A stretch of 64,000 nucleotides of DNA, taken from Pecten maximus (taxonomy: Eukaryota). This document shows, piece after piece, positions 26,601 to 41,600 of the stretch (positions within the stretch are counted from its first letter, which is position 1; the number at the start of each line of letters is the position of its first letter). Location: positions 24,056,001 to 24,120,000 of the forward strand of contig NC_047027.1 in assembly GCF_902652985.1 (NCBI RefSeq), in the 5' to 3' direction. The position numbers were made by a program, and so were the translations under genes. Below the pieces are notes generated by a model. It had not been told where the DNA came from. It saw only the letters and a program-made list of their open reading frames with translations, and made no database searches.

Positions 26601-29600
26601 CCTCCTAGGGCCGCTTGTTACTGTCCTGGAGCGACCATAACAGGGCTGGGGCTCTTTCTTGGGGACTTGGGGCAGAAAACCAGCAACTGCGATCTTTCTT
26701 AACATCCTTCAAAGACATTGCCGTTGTAAGGGAGCAGCCCCAATTTCAGGGTATGGAAGCAGGTAGGTTGGTTAGCTTGATACCACTGGCTTAATATTGA
26801 ACATGTATAGCTTTGGGTGTATCATCTTTAAAGTATCAAACCTACCTTTTATTTCAATAATGTGAAGTAACCCGGATCTGACCTCGTCGTGTGTGGCGGG
26901 TGTCATTGATAAGTTACGCTTTCGGAACACCGGATTTTATTTTATTTTTACTTTTTAGATGACCTCCATGTAAACTTGTATTTTCATATTAACCATCGTT
27001 CTGTTTAAGATCTCCGATATCATATACACTGCTTATCACAAACAAATATACGAAAATAATTTAATTTTGTATGAAACACGCATTTTCATTGGCTGAAATA
27101 ATTTTGTTATACCTCCATAACAAAATTTTTGACGTTGCGAAATGTAACGTCATTTTTGATTGGCTGATGACTTTGCGTAATAATTTATCACAGAAAAGAG
27201 TTCGCCAAAGAAAGTGAAATATCTTGGTGTGTATAAGACGAAATTAAATTATAAGAATTAACATTAATTATTTTTTCTGTTATACAGTCATAACATAAAA
27301 AACTGGAGTGTACTCTCTTCATAAACCGCTTCGCGGTTTATTTAGAGTACACTCCAGTTTTTTCTGTTATGACTGTATAAGAGAAAAAATAATTGATGTT
27401 AATCCTTAAAGTAACTCGCCTGTAGAAATATATACAATAAACACCAGCAAATGATAAAGAATGATCAGATGGTTTCAAAAACTGAAACCTATCAGACCAG
27501 AATCCACATGCTAAAGAAGCATTACAAAATAATTTCTTAGGAACGCGTTAAATTAGTTATTTTATTTTATTTTTTAAAAAAATGAGCGTTTTAATGGGCA
27601 TCATGTATATAAATTTGTAACAATTTACATCAGCCTACTTTCATTTTTGAAAGATCGTGATTGATGTCACAGGAAAGAAAACGAGCACACTCCTGCTGGT
27701 TCTTTCTATATTTTATTACCGGAGATTAGGACATAACTTGATACAAAAGAAAACCCCTGAAACACAAAATAGCCTGTATAAGTATGATATACATACGTAG
27801 CCTACATTTCTCGACAAAATATTAACTGACTGTAATAATTCTATCTATTAAATAAAGTTATAATTATTAGTCATTCTATTATATTTGTCAGGATAACATA
27901 CCTTCCAAGACTGTTATGTCTTGTAAAACGGCAAGTCTGTACACATGTCTGTTACATAATTGGTCACCGGACCCCAGAGGATATGTCCTACCGACCTATG
28001 AACGGCTAATGCGGCGTTCTACCCTAACTCATCGGTTTTACTATTCTCGCTCTCACTCTTGCACGATTTCTTACACTTTCATACCCTAATTTACATATAA
28101 GTCGTAAACACCACCAAATATGGACATACACAGTATGGACTACACGTACATGACACTACGTTACTAATTTACACAGGGTACTTTCCACATTACAACACAG
28201 CACTGACAAGTACATGCTACGTGTATAGACAATTCACAATCTTATATCAATTAATTATTTCAATTAATTAAATTGCACCTGTGACATTGATCTTTGTTGG
28301 AGATGTGGAACTTCTACTATAATTCAGGTTGTCAATCAATTTTTCAGAATGCGTTGATTGTTTCTGTCATCTTCACTCATTGTATAGGAATGGTGCCCGC
28401 ACGAGGGAATGCGGTAAGTTCACAACTGATATAAACATTAAAATATATAATCTCGTAATTTGTTTATATTAAATATATTAATGAATTCGTATTGAATACA
28501 CGACGGTATAGCTGAAAGACGCGGGGCAACGTGAATGAAGGTTCGCCAATTCGAGTCGGGCATGGTGTTTCATCGAACAAGATAATTCACCCAGTTGATT
28601 GTGTTCCAGTCGAACGGCTGATATGAATTGCACAATAATGTATCAGATTTATAAATAAACTTACACGCATATTTGTGACTAACTTTGATTGAATAAATAT
28701 CACATTTGTTTAGAAAATCCGCAAAACTCTGACGCTGTGCATCAACATTGGAATATTCCGCCATGCCTAGTCTGCTTCATTAAGATGTCACGTGACATCA
28801 AACACAGCCGTAAACAAATTACACATGGCGAGTGAGGATAAATTCCAATTAAAGATCGTTTTTTCTTCAATTACTTATGTTATGGTAACATGTATAGATA
28901 TTAAATAAGTAAAGAATATCAAAAGCATTAAAAATATTATTCACAAAAATGGATTTACTCGTGCGTAATGTCGCATAAATTTCAGCATCACAGGGCACAC
29001 GCTTGTCTTGTAAACAAAAATGAGTGGCATGCATATGAATGAAGGAATTTGCTACGAATTAAGTACCAAGATCAGACAAATTCACAATATATTTGTAAAA
29101 AATTTATTGTATTGTCAGCGCAGTAGCAAGTGTAACTTCGTGCATAACTTTATTACGAACATGTCGCGCTGTCGAGACCCCTTGCGGGACCTCTTTCGCG
29201 GACCTCTTTCGCCCTCTTCCATCTTTTCATCTGGTTGTCGGTATTTATACGACTTTTATGACATTTGCTATTTTGTCGTGTCCGATTACAGTGACCAATT
29301 AGCTAATCACAACCTCGGAGAGTCGCGTCCGTCATTTTCGTATTTGTTCGTGGACTTGTCTTCGAATGCTCGTATTGATAGTTGTTGGCGGCGATTAACT
29401 CCCGCGCTTCGGGTCGAAGTTACATTTTCAAAAGCTTTAATTTTGAAGAAACTGTTATCTTCGGACTCTGAGTGCTGTACTACTGTAAAGTTTATAACCT
29501 TAACTGATTGAGAAAAATACAACAATCCCGTTTCCGTTTATTGTTATAGCATCAACTCATTTCAACGACGGAATACCCATTTGAATGAGTATGAGGTAGA

Positions 29601-32600
29601 GTGAGACATGTCGTACATATTAATCTGTAAGCGACAATATGGCAGCTCCGGGTGTGTTCTCCCTATGGCGTTAAGGTGTTGGCTAGTTGATAAGGACGAA
29701 ATAACCACTGATAATAATGTTCAGCCGCTTTGATATAACTTTGAGATAGTGATATAAATGAGTCTCAAATTATTATTATTATTATACTTAAATCTTCACT
29801 TTATTTGTTTCGTTTGTATGAATTGTTAGCTTGCTTTGAGAAAAATTTAATCGGGGAATTTTCAGCCCCAGGATTTCCATTTATCCAGTTCGTAACTTTC
29901 TATTCCTGGTGAATAATTCTTACAATATTCACACATATTCGTATTGCTAAATTATCTAATATCCGTAATCATTTATCCTGAATTACATGCATTCAAGTGC
30001 ATATCCTCTTCCATTTTGTCATTCATATTAAGTTATATAATATCCGTTCTGGAACTTTTGACCAACGCATAACTGACACGCGTCCTAGAAAGTCTAAACA
30101 GTTGTAAGAACTGAAACGAGTTTTAGGAAGGCGAAAGAGTTGTAAGAACTGTAATGAAGCCTAGAAAGGCGAAACTGTTGCATGTTGCCCCTGACATAAC
30201 TGATAAGCCCTAGAAAGATAACAAATTTTAAGAACTGAAACGAGTCCTGGAAAGGCGAAACCGCTGTAAGATGGCCATACCATCACTTAAACGAGACGAA
30301 GAAAGACGAAGCCGATGCATTATGAAGCTAGTATCACTGACCAGTCCTAGAGAGACGAAATAAATGTATGGTGCTCTTAGTGCCACGGGAAAAGACAGCA
30401 CATGTGTATGATATGCACCCCTTACTCATTAGATAAAGTGTCACAATATATCTGCAGAAAAAAATAGAAGAAAGTAGAGAACAGAACACACGAAACTGTT
30501 GAAGATGAAAAAATACATTTATACTGATATTTAGCATCATTTCTTGGTCATGTCGTTCATATTAAATTCTTAGGTTAAAAGTTGATGAGCACTAACTTGA
30601 GTCGGCTGTGATTGGAGATTTTAGAGTGTTCAATTTGTTGTGGTGTAATTAAAAGTTTTAGCAAAGGAGATGCATTTTTTGTTGCGTAAATTCTCAAAAC
30701 CGACCATAATTCCCTCTTTGATTTGAATTGTTAAATAACTATTTTTGCGATATTGCCTTAACATTGAATATCGATCACAAAATATAAAGCGACAATTGTA
30801 CCATGATTGCTACGCATTCTGTTTCAGAATCTGAATATAGTTCCCATGGTTACGTATTCTTCACGACGTCAAGAGGGTTATATCGTATGGAGGGATACCC
30901 ACTCACCACGTCACAGACTCCCCACGCGACCCTAGTTTACGGGACCAATCTTTCGGTTTTTACCACTGACTCAGTCAATGAGAAGATATTTGCTTATAGC
31001 CATGAAAGCGAGGTAGGTGACAAAGCTCCAGTCTTAGAGTCTCAGAGTCCATGTAAAACAGAAAATGACGTAAGCTTATTTCGACGTGGTCATGGAATCG
31101 TTTCAAGTGATCGAACATGCGATAATGTGTCTGGAATATGTTTATCCATGAGACATGGGCCAATATGTTTTTGGAATAAATATTTATGTAAACATTTTAT
31201 TTTTTCTTGAATCTGTTTGTAAGATATAGTAATATTGCTGTTTTATCATCGGTGCAGAAATATATATCAACAGTCGCACAATAACAGGCTAAATAAATTG
31301 TTTTCCATGTCACCAGATTTTGATGAATTAATTATGATCCAATGTTCAATTCAGCAAACGATCCATCAGTCATACGATATACACGGGATTTAAATTAAAG
31401 TTGGGTTCTTTTTTTTTGCTTTTTGTTTTTTTGTTTGTTTTTTTTTTGTTGTTTTTTTTTTTTTTTTGTAATTCAGATTTATTGACAAGTTTTTGCAAAA
31501 CGACCGAATAAAGCGTCAACAAAATAAAATCTGATACAGAACGAAAAATTTGGAGCATTTTTTGAGTATCACAGTAATGGTTATAGCAATGAATGTTTAG
31601 GGCCCTCGCATATGCATATAGTGATTTTTACCAACATATGAAATAAGCATTGAAAGTTTTAGCAAAGGAGATGCATTTTTTGTTGCGTAAATTCTCAAAA
31701 CCGACCATAATTCCCTCTTTGATTTGAATTGTTAAATAACTATTTTTGCGATATTGCCTTAACATTGAATATCGATCACCAGATAATTTTACAAGACGAT
31801 GTTTTAAATTTGGACTCAGAGCCAGGCGAATATGACTATCCACCAAAGAAAACTAGCCAAAACCTATAATGATGACGCGCTTACATGCTCATACATGTAT
31901 GTTCAAATATGCATACATACATAAATACATACAAATGTACACAAACGCTCATTCAAGTACACCTTCAATCCGACGGCTAGAAAAACGCAAAAATTAAAAG
32001 AAGCAGCTTAATGAAGGATTGTACAAATGGCATACATAGGTTCGTTATGTTTTGATTAATAGGAAATGTTAGAGATCTTCATCATTATCTAACTTACTTT
32101 TTTTCTATGATGTAAAACTTTCTCGCTCTCTTGTCAATATATTCGATTATTCTTATGTCAATATCCGGTTGATTTCGATAACATTATTTTATTGGACGTT
32201 CATATTTTGAGTATCAATTTGGAACTTTTCAATTCGAAAGCAATGCAATGCCGTGAGCTGACCTATTGACTTCGGGATTCATGGTATAGTCACCTTACTA
32301 TTGATTAAGACGTTGAACTTGAGATATGTGTTTGTTACGAAACCCCTAATGGTTGGGTTATTGTTTAACCTCAGTCTATAATAGAAATTACCCAGCATGC
32401 TCGGACAGGAAATTGGATGTCACGAGACCTCATAATGGTAGCAGCGACAGTAAAATGTAAGTATGAGTATACAACTAGTATGCATTTGAGAAATATTATG
32501 TGAATATATATATTTGCGAATAATTAATTTTTCTTTGTTTTCATGGTAAATACTCAAATGTGATTGGTCGAAAAATTCTTTTCATTTCTATGAAAGAAAT

Positions 32601-35600
32601 TCTGAGAATGGCGCGAAAAATGTTACATCACAATACGACAATTGACGTTGTGTATTGATTTGAGAAAAAGCTTTTAAATCTGAAAATCATTTTGAAAAAT
32701 TAATTATAAGCGTTGATGTAATTTTTTTAGTTTCATCGGGGTATGAAACAAATTTTGTTTGCACACTACTGTAAGAATCCGCTACGCATTTCATGCCTAA
32801 CAAAACATATAGCTATAATTTAAATTGGGTGAGTGGTTTGGCCTTGAAATTTCAAGCAACATCAGAAATAGCGATATCATTCAATATACTTTCGACAATA
32901 GATACAATATTTGATAAATGAATTTACAAAAAATGGTGAAATTATACAAGTGTGTTACATTATTCTGTTACTTGTTCTCTCAATCCTTATCTTTATTGAA
33001 GTTTTCTGTTTTTCAATTTGCATCCTTTGCCAGGTATCACTGTGGATTGGATGTCCCGTAACATCTTCTGGGTAGAACATGGATCTGAATATATATCTGT
33101 TGCGAATTACGAAGGACAATACCGGAAGTGGTTGATATCTCAGGCATGGGCTGATGACATTCGGGTCGACCCGCGCAATAAGTATTCCGTACACTAAAGT
33201 CTCAAAATAAACTACTCCTTGACCTTATAACAATCGAATTTGTTAATTATTTTAAATTTAAAAGATATGAAGTATATACTGGACTGCTGTTATATCAATA
33301 TGAAATATATTAATTTTGAACGTAGTCAGACTATTGAAGAGTTGGACTATCACATAGTCTGTGATATTTCGGACATACTTATTGCCGATGTGGAAGTACT
33401 TATGTAGCTTTCTAGCTTCGTGCTACAGTGCAATGTGTAGTGTGGCTGATTTGAAATATTGAGGGCATCGGTTTAAACCCTGAAGTACGCATATTCTATA
33501 AATCCTATAAACTATCAAGTAAACTATGAAGTATCAAGTATACCGTAAGCAATGCTTAGATAACAGAGGAGTTATTAAAAGAACAAAACATAATTACATA
33601 TTGGTTAAATGACAATTGTGCAAGTGTCATAAAATATTTCTATTATTTACAGGAAGATTTTCTGGTTGAACTCGTCCTTGGGTTTGGTAGAGGGAGCTAA
33701 CCTTGACGGGAGTGAGCATGTTAATATCGGATACACCGACAAGCAATTCGCTGCTCTTACTATCGACTGCGCAGCCCAACGACTCATTATGTTTGACCTC
33801 CATTCCAGAAAACTCGTATCCATTGACTATCTTACCACAGCGCCCCCTGAAATCATTCCACAGGAATTTTGGCACGTGACATTTATGGCTATGATAAAGG
33901 TATATTATATCACGCTCCAATTTCAAAAACAAAGCAAAAAAATAAAGAAAAACAAAATTGATAACTTTTAACAGATGTTGAACCGACTATTTATGTTTCG
34001 CAACAAATTTGTAGAGGTAACTTGTCTTTTGAAAATTTGATATTCCATTTTTAAATCTAATGTCACTAGAAACAAGAACAAATTTGAGAAAATTTATCGA
34101 ATAAAATGATATAACTGGCAATCATACTTACGTGCTAATTCTAAGCTAGGACTACGTGGTGGTGAGCAACGACTCGAGGTGTTTGACTCTCGTCAATACT
34201 CGAACTGGAATATCCCTAGCGGCACGATATGTCGCTGATGACGCCATAATTCACATGGAACTGTACCACTTCGACAATATTAGAAACACAAGTAAGTTAG
34301 AGAACGAAGTCTTTAATGCAATCTACAATTCAATTAAATACCAGAGTTTTGAACGGTGGCCAGAGGTCAAAGAAAACTTCGTTAGACCTGCGTATTGTGC
34401 TCGTGGTCAACAAGGAACAACTATTTGTTGAAGTCCAATTTGTATAATGTGCGTTATATCTTTTATACATATGATCTGTCAACGTACGGGAGATGTCGGG
34501 AGGCACTCCTAGGTATCCTGTGAAGTATTAAACAAACCCTAGCTTGGTACACCTTTTCGTCTTTGTCATGGGTTTTGTTGCCAAGAGTATATGTATTTAT
34601 CTTCATCAACACATTTTTTTTCTTCAAAAAGCCGTTTGAGATACCGATTCCTATTTTTATTTGTTCATATACTTTGATGTGATTCCAGCAATATTTTTTT
34701 GTACGTTATTTTGAGAATGCCGATGGTGAGCTTTCCCAGCTTTCCCTGGCTATATAAAAATGCTCGTCCGTCTTTTTCAAAAGTTAAATTTTCAAATAGA
34801 ACCACTGAAAATGTATATCCAAGAAATATACAAACTTGACATCAACACCTTTCAAAAGAATGTTAGATACGTTGATCCCAGTCGATTCAAATAATACTAG
34901 CAGCAGTTCCGTTCTAGGACTCGCCAGTAACGCTAAAGAAGGCGACCAAAACACAAAAAAAGGCTGAAAGAAATACCGAAATATGGATTTGAAGGTGCAA
35001 AGGAAAAAACATTTAGTACTTTATAATATATAATATACCAATGGTATAATATACAATATTGAATTTCGAGAGAACGTTAAGTACGTACATTTACTTTCTG
35101 AACCATGCTACTCACTATTTATATGAATGCAAGTTGTTTAATATCCAATCCACGCCTCTCTTTACACAGGTCCCTGTATGGAAGCCAATGGTGGATGTGA
35201 CCAGTTGTGTCTCCCTAATCCGTCCACCAGGAGCTGTCATTGTGGATTTGGTTACCACGAAACCTCAACAGATAACGGATGTTCAACTCGTAAATATTGT
35301 TTTTTCATCACTTAATATTGAAGTTCCTTCCTTAAATTTAGTTGTTCCATTCGTAAACACTGTTGTACCACGCTTAAATGTTGATGTTCCACCGGTGAAC
35401 AGTGATGTTCCTGTCGTAAAAATTGATGTTTCAACGTTCTTACACTCCTCTAGTAAACAATATCTTACATTGACATCATAATTATGGCGTGCACAAATGT
35501 ATCTCATTTGAGTTTAAGTTATATTAACAAAACAGTAGGTTATAAGTAGATTTTTAACAGATATAGTGTCACAAACGTTGCTTAATTCTGATGTTTTATC

Positions 35601-38600
35601 GCATAAAGATGAAATATGATATCTTAATTTTTCGATATATTGACAGGCGAAGAGCATTTTACAACGTATCAAACCATATCAAAAACATGATGAAAGGCGG
35701 GAGAAAATTCATTGTATAAAAAGTGTATCAACTTTGTTGTTGTGATGATTAGACCAAAGTTTAAAAGTCCGACGGAAAGCATTAAGCATTATGAAAAATT
35801 GTTTTAAAATTCAAATGTCAGGGCAAAAGCATTATACATTTCAGGAAGTTATAGCACAATCTTAATGAAAAGCGAAGAGCAATATACAATGCAGACAATT
35901 GCATCAAAGCTATAGTGACTGGAAACATAATATTTTGTAAAACTTTTATCAAAGTTATAACTACAGACGAAGAGAATTTTACATTTTCTAAAATATAAAT
36001 CAAAATTATAATGGAATATCTCAAATTATCTGCAATAAATTGATGTAGTGATGGAGTATGACAGCAGAATGGCATTATATTGAAGTATTACAATACATTG
36101 TAGAGTTGATGGACAATTCGTTCCTTTTGGTTGTCGATCAACGTGCCCCGGCTATATATCAGTACTACAATGGCCACCAGAGACGCACTATCGAACGGTA
36201 TACAGTTGTCCCAGCTGTCGGTCTGAAACAACCGTACGCCGTTGCATACGACGACAGAGCAAAATATGTAAGTACAAGTTTGATCAATTTCGCATTATGA
36301 AAATGTAAATGAAGTTGTTGTTGGTCGATATTCGACATATTTAGCTAGATTTAAACTTTCCCTTCCATAGAAATAAGACACAAGATCACATGCTTTTTGA
36401 TAATCACATTTCTCTGTACCGGAGGTTATCAGGAATGTCCTCATTCACACGTCCATTCGGCCAAAAATGTGCATTGCAAACAAAACACCATGCTTGTTAC
36501 ACTCGGTGGAGCACTTTTACAAAGTTTAAATGAGTTACCTCAAACTGATATAAAAAAAAAACAACGGAAAACCAAGTTTTGTTTTTTAATCAATCATGTA
36601 TTTTATCTGGTGGGGATATAGAAAAAATTAGGTTGGAAGGAGAAATGAAAACTCTCTGTCAATAGGAATATGAAGGTAGGTATCCGCTTTCCTGAGTTAC
36701 CTGTATTAAGGTGACCTATACATTCAATTGCGATCACCTTTTGTCCGGCGTCATGCGCCGTTCGTCGAGCGTCGTCCGTCGTAAACAATTTACATTTTTA
36801 ACTTCTTCTCAATTACCAACAGGCCCAGAGACATGATACTGGGTATATAGCATGCTGACATGAAGGGCTGCAAAGTTTGTTCAAATGGATGACCTTAACC
36901 TTCAGGTCCAAGTAGTCAAATATGCTAAGATATATCAGACCTCAGGTAGCATTTAAGGTCCATGGGCGTCTTGGCACAAAAAAAAATGTTTTATATTAAT
37001 GAACCCCCCGCCCAAAATAAAATTGTTTTTCTCATCGTTTCATTTACGTGAATATGTATAATCTGCAATAGTGTATTCAGCCTTATATTTGCCTTTAATT
37101 ATGGTGATTTAAAATACGAGCATAATTTGAGGTTTTTTTTAAAGGATGACACCCTTTCGGAAAATTATTGTCCTCAAAATTAGGACCGTGGCAAGAATAG
37201 GACAGTGACGATGTGTTTTTATTTTTACAGATATATTGGTCAGATATTGAGCAGTTTACCGTAAGTCGGATACACAAAAATGGACATTCCCAGGAAATAG
37301 TGTATGGAGAGCAATATTTGTGTGAGTATTCCACAGTTACAGATTTGAAATAGTGATTTTATAAAACATGCTCTTCGGGCTGGTTGGTGTGAATTAAAAG
37401 TGGCTTTAGTATAATATATCTAGTATAATATATGTTCAAATTTAACTCACAGACTGGTTTTGATTTACCAAAGTCTATTCATATTGACGTGAAGGCTATA
37501 AATTACAACATGATGGCCAAACATTTTTTTTTTTTTTTTTTCTTTTTCTTTTGTCATGCATCTAAAAATAATAACACATAGAAATGTAAATAATTTCGGC
37601 GAAAATATCACTGTGAGCGTTCGTATTTTGTCATTCTACATATTGATAGAAGCATAATTCGTAATCGTTTTCTACGGTTGGACGATAATTAAAATGTAAA
37701 CAAAATTTCTTTGTAGATGTCTTAGACATTGCCATGAGTGTCTCTACACGCCTACTGTTTATCGCGGACTACTCCAGGGATCGTATAATTGCTCTCAATG
37801 TCAACACTCTGCGATCCATGCCCTTTTCCAGCCCTGTTAGTCGTGTCTATGGACTGTGTTTGAGCCCCACTAATAGGTATAATCTTCTTCCACAGTCAAA
37901 GCTCAGATTAATTTTTCTTCGTCATAAACCAGCATTCAATTTCATTCTATTTTTATGAAGCTTTAATTTGATTTGCGATATCACCAAATTAAAAATAAGA
38001 TTATTGTTTCAGTTTTTTGTTCGATATTTACATTCTGAATATAGGCCAATACAAAAGCAGGCATCATTCTTGACCGGGAATAAGACATTTGTTGAAAATT
38101 TCATTCATATTTCCAGAAAATGTAGGCCTCCAATGGAGGTTTTATTATGACTATTATGTAGATCTAACAAAACAGTCCCATTCACTTCCTCCAAAGCCTT
38201 GATGATCTCATTTGTATTTTATTTCCGACTCATAACCATTCCTGCAAGTTAAGCCTGTGAGATTTTTCACCACATTGGCCTGGGGTATTTAATGTTTGGG
38301 TATGCTTACAGATCGGGCAGAAGCGGACGGGTGGCTTGAGCACTATAATGTTTTCATACGCGAAGAATGATATTAATCGAGTCGAATTCCTGGACAAATG
38401 AAATAGATTGAACTTGGTAGTTTATTGAGTCTAACTTAAGTGGAAATATTTGCAGTTGAACATTTTAGAAATCTGTTCCTATTTTACTGGGTTTTAGTTT
38501 GTTTGTTTGTTTGTTTGTTTGTTTGTTTGTTTGTCTCTAGATACTTGTACGCATCCGGGTATGGAGCGACTCCAAACTTGGTGCGTATTGATATACAAAC

Positions 38601-41600
38601 TGGACTACTTTCAACAGAAGGACTGCCATGGCTTGTGTTGCCTGGGAAGATCGTCGTTCATGATACAGGTATCGTCGTACCCAATAGCAATCAAAAACGA
38701 ATGATACAGAAGCAACATTATCAAAACATTTAACGAATGAAGTTTGCTAAGAATATTTATATATCTGTTATTTATTTTTGAAGCCCATATTCAAACACTG
38801 ATATTCTTGATTTTAATCCATTCTAAGAAAAACGGGCTATATAACGTTATAAAGAGACAATAAATTGAACTCGAAAAATTCCAACACAGATTTATTAGTT
38901 TTTCAAATATATATTTTATGTTATTTATTTTTTTGTTCTTTTATTTCTTATTCTAATTTTTTTTTTTTAATTATTTATTTATTTATTACACGTTTTATCG
39001 AATCATAAAACCATTCTGCTTAAAATCCTACAGGTATTTACCTGATTGAACAGTACCTGAGGGCAATTGTTCGAATTGATGGTAACGGTCATCAGCAGGA
39101 TATCAAACAGTTCCTGGAAGGTCACGAGCTACAGTTTATCACAGCCGACGATGCTAACCTTTATTGGACAGAACGAAATACAAAAATGATTTATAGGTAA
39201 CACTCCTCCTTCATTAACTCTGAAATATGACACATAGAGAATGTAAGTTATATAAGCTGTTGACAGGTGTTACAGGTAACAAGTTCTCATTAACTGTGAA
39301 ATCTGACACAAAGATATTTTAAGTTGTATATAAGCTTTTAATAGGTGTTACAGGTAAAGTGCCCTCTTCCTTAACTGTGACATCTGACACATAGAGAATG
39401 TACGTCATATAAGCTGGTACAGGTGTTACAGGTCCTAATTAACTGTGAAATCCAGCTGGTACAGGTGTTACAGGTAACACACCCTGCTCATTAACCATGA
39501 AATCCTGAACAAAGAACTATGCCGCAAAGAGAATGTACGTTTCAAATGCTTGAAAACAGATTAACAAAAATATACATTTTCGGATGCGATGCATCAATTT
39601 GGTTGAAATATTGTTTGAAAACATGTTTATGTTTAACACAAACAACGATTAAAACTCATTGTTTGATATGTCACAGTCGTTTACAGATAGGTAATTATTT
39701 ACAGCATACTATATCAACACTTCAAGTCCGAAATTAGGGATAGGCTTCGATTCACTTTTGATTTAAGTTTGTTCTGACTAAAATATTAAATGCACACAAA
39801 TGTCAGTGACTTTCATAATTTATACAAAACCTCTAAATAGTATGTGTAAACAAGACTTTTGTCGCTTTAGTCATGAAAATATTAAACTACACTATTATTT
39901 GACCACTTGAGTTTGCAGCATATATATATATATATATGTATATAATATATAGCTCTCCAAAAATACCCTGGTAAATATTGTATTAGACCCCTGCCATTTG
40001 AAAAACGGTGGGACTATAGGTTTAACCTCCGTTCGTCTGCCCGTCTGTCCGTCTGTCTGTCTGTCACGCAATAGTTGTCCGGACAACTACCTCCTAAAGT
40101 ATTACTCCGATCTTAGCGAAACTTGGTATACATGATCAGTATAACATGTAATTGTGCATCCAACATTTTTTTTTTTTTTTCGAAAACCCATTGTTCAAAA
40201 AAAGGGGGGAAATGAATAGGTTCACTTTTAGCTCAGGCAGGGGACTTTGTATTGCTATTGCAATACTATCCATCCTTGTTATCAATGTAATGAAATGAAC
40301 TATTTTTTTGTGATTTCAGATTAAATCTACATACAAGGGAAGAATCACAAGTAGGGCTAGAGGGAACGTTGGTACACCCTGCTGGTCTCGTGTACTTCGG
40401 ATTGACAAGGAGGACATGGCCAGGTACTTGAAACTGGTTGTAATATTATCTAGGATGATAGATGAAATCTGAATCATATTACATGCAGCATATTTCCTGT
40501 TGTACATGTAGATGCTACCTTTGTCCGCTGTGATGAACTGTACCTCATGGCTTCCTAGAAACTATACGATGTCCTTTTGGTTATAGGTATTATTGATCCG
40601 GATAACGGTTGATCTAGTTTAATAATTCTGCAGATTTACTTCTAGCTGAAATACTGATATAGATATTTTTGTATTGTTAAAAATTTTCTTCTACACAAGA
40701 AAATAAAGAAGATACAGGTAAACAAGGGTCACGTGATTCATTTGAGATGATTTACGAATTTATATTTTTGAATTAAAAATGTTATCTCAAAATGCATAGC
40801 AGATGTATTAAATACAAACAATAAGAACACTTAATTACTCTTTGTAAAGCTTACGTATATTAATTGCATTGCATGAGCGTAAAGCGTATTTTGCATTCCG
40901 TTATAGACGTAACCTGTTCCAGTCCGTGTTCCGGTACTTGCATACCAGCCGGATATGGCCTCACAATCTGTCTCCCTACCTCAAATACGCGTCATATTGA
41001 CCTCCCTTACAATGGTGTGTACTATCATATGATCAAATAGTATTTGGGATGTAAAAACAGTATTCGTATTGTCTTTGTGTTAAATTACATTAATATCATG
41101 ACCTTAAACCACAGGAGTCATCACATTGGATTTTAATGTCTTCAAATTCTCAAATGAATATAAACAAAATATCTTAATACGAATAATAGGACATCCCGCG
41201 TTATTTGTTGTAATTGCGTTTTTATTTGTACGGGCTTAACGTAACTAAAATTAGGAAAACAATAGATGTGAAAAAAAGATTAAAATGTTGACACTTTTCA
41301 TTATCAAAGTTAATACAATCCATTTGTCTGTAGATATCTGCACGGTACCAAACGACGCAGACATCATATTTGGTCGGGTGGCAGATCTGCGAGCAGGTTC
41401 CCGCGTACCTGGAGGGACAACATTCAGGATACAATGTCTGCCCGCCCATAGCATCGTAGGGTCCGACACCAGCATCTGTCGACATAGTAACTGGACAAAT
41501 ATTCCTAGGTGTAAACCAGGTAGTGATCATTTTTATTTCGAGTATTAATGTCATAGGGCAGTCACATGTAAGTCGTATTGAAGTCACATGTAAGTCATAT

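Noticed and set aside
27950-28286. Possible short solo LTR (TGTTAC...GTGACA)
   Set aside because: No TSD and no second copy in the window
29020-29525. 163-aa and 72-aa overlapping ORFs in an intron
   Set aside because: No recognisable motif or splice fit; probably the CpG-rich interior of an unclassified DNA element
35059-35507. 140-aa and 74-aa ORFs with 7-residue periodicity
   Set aside because: The true EGF exon is in another frame; periodicity comes from a 21-bp intronic repeat
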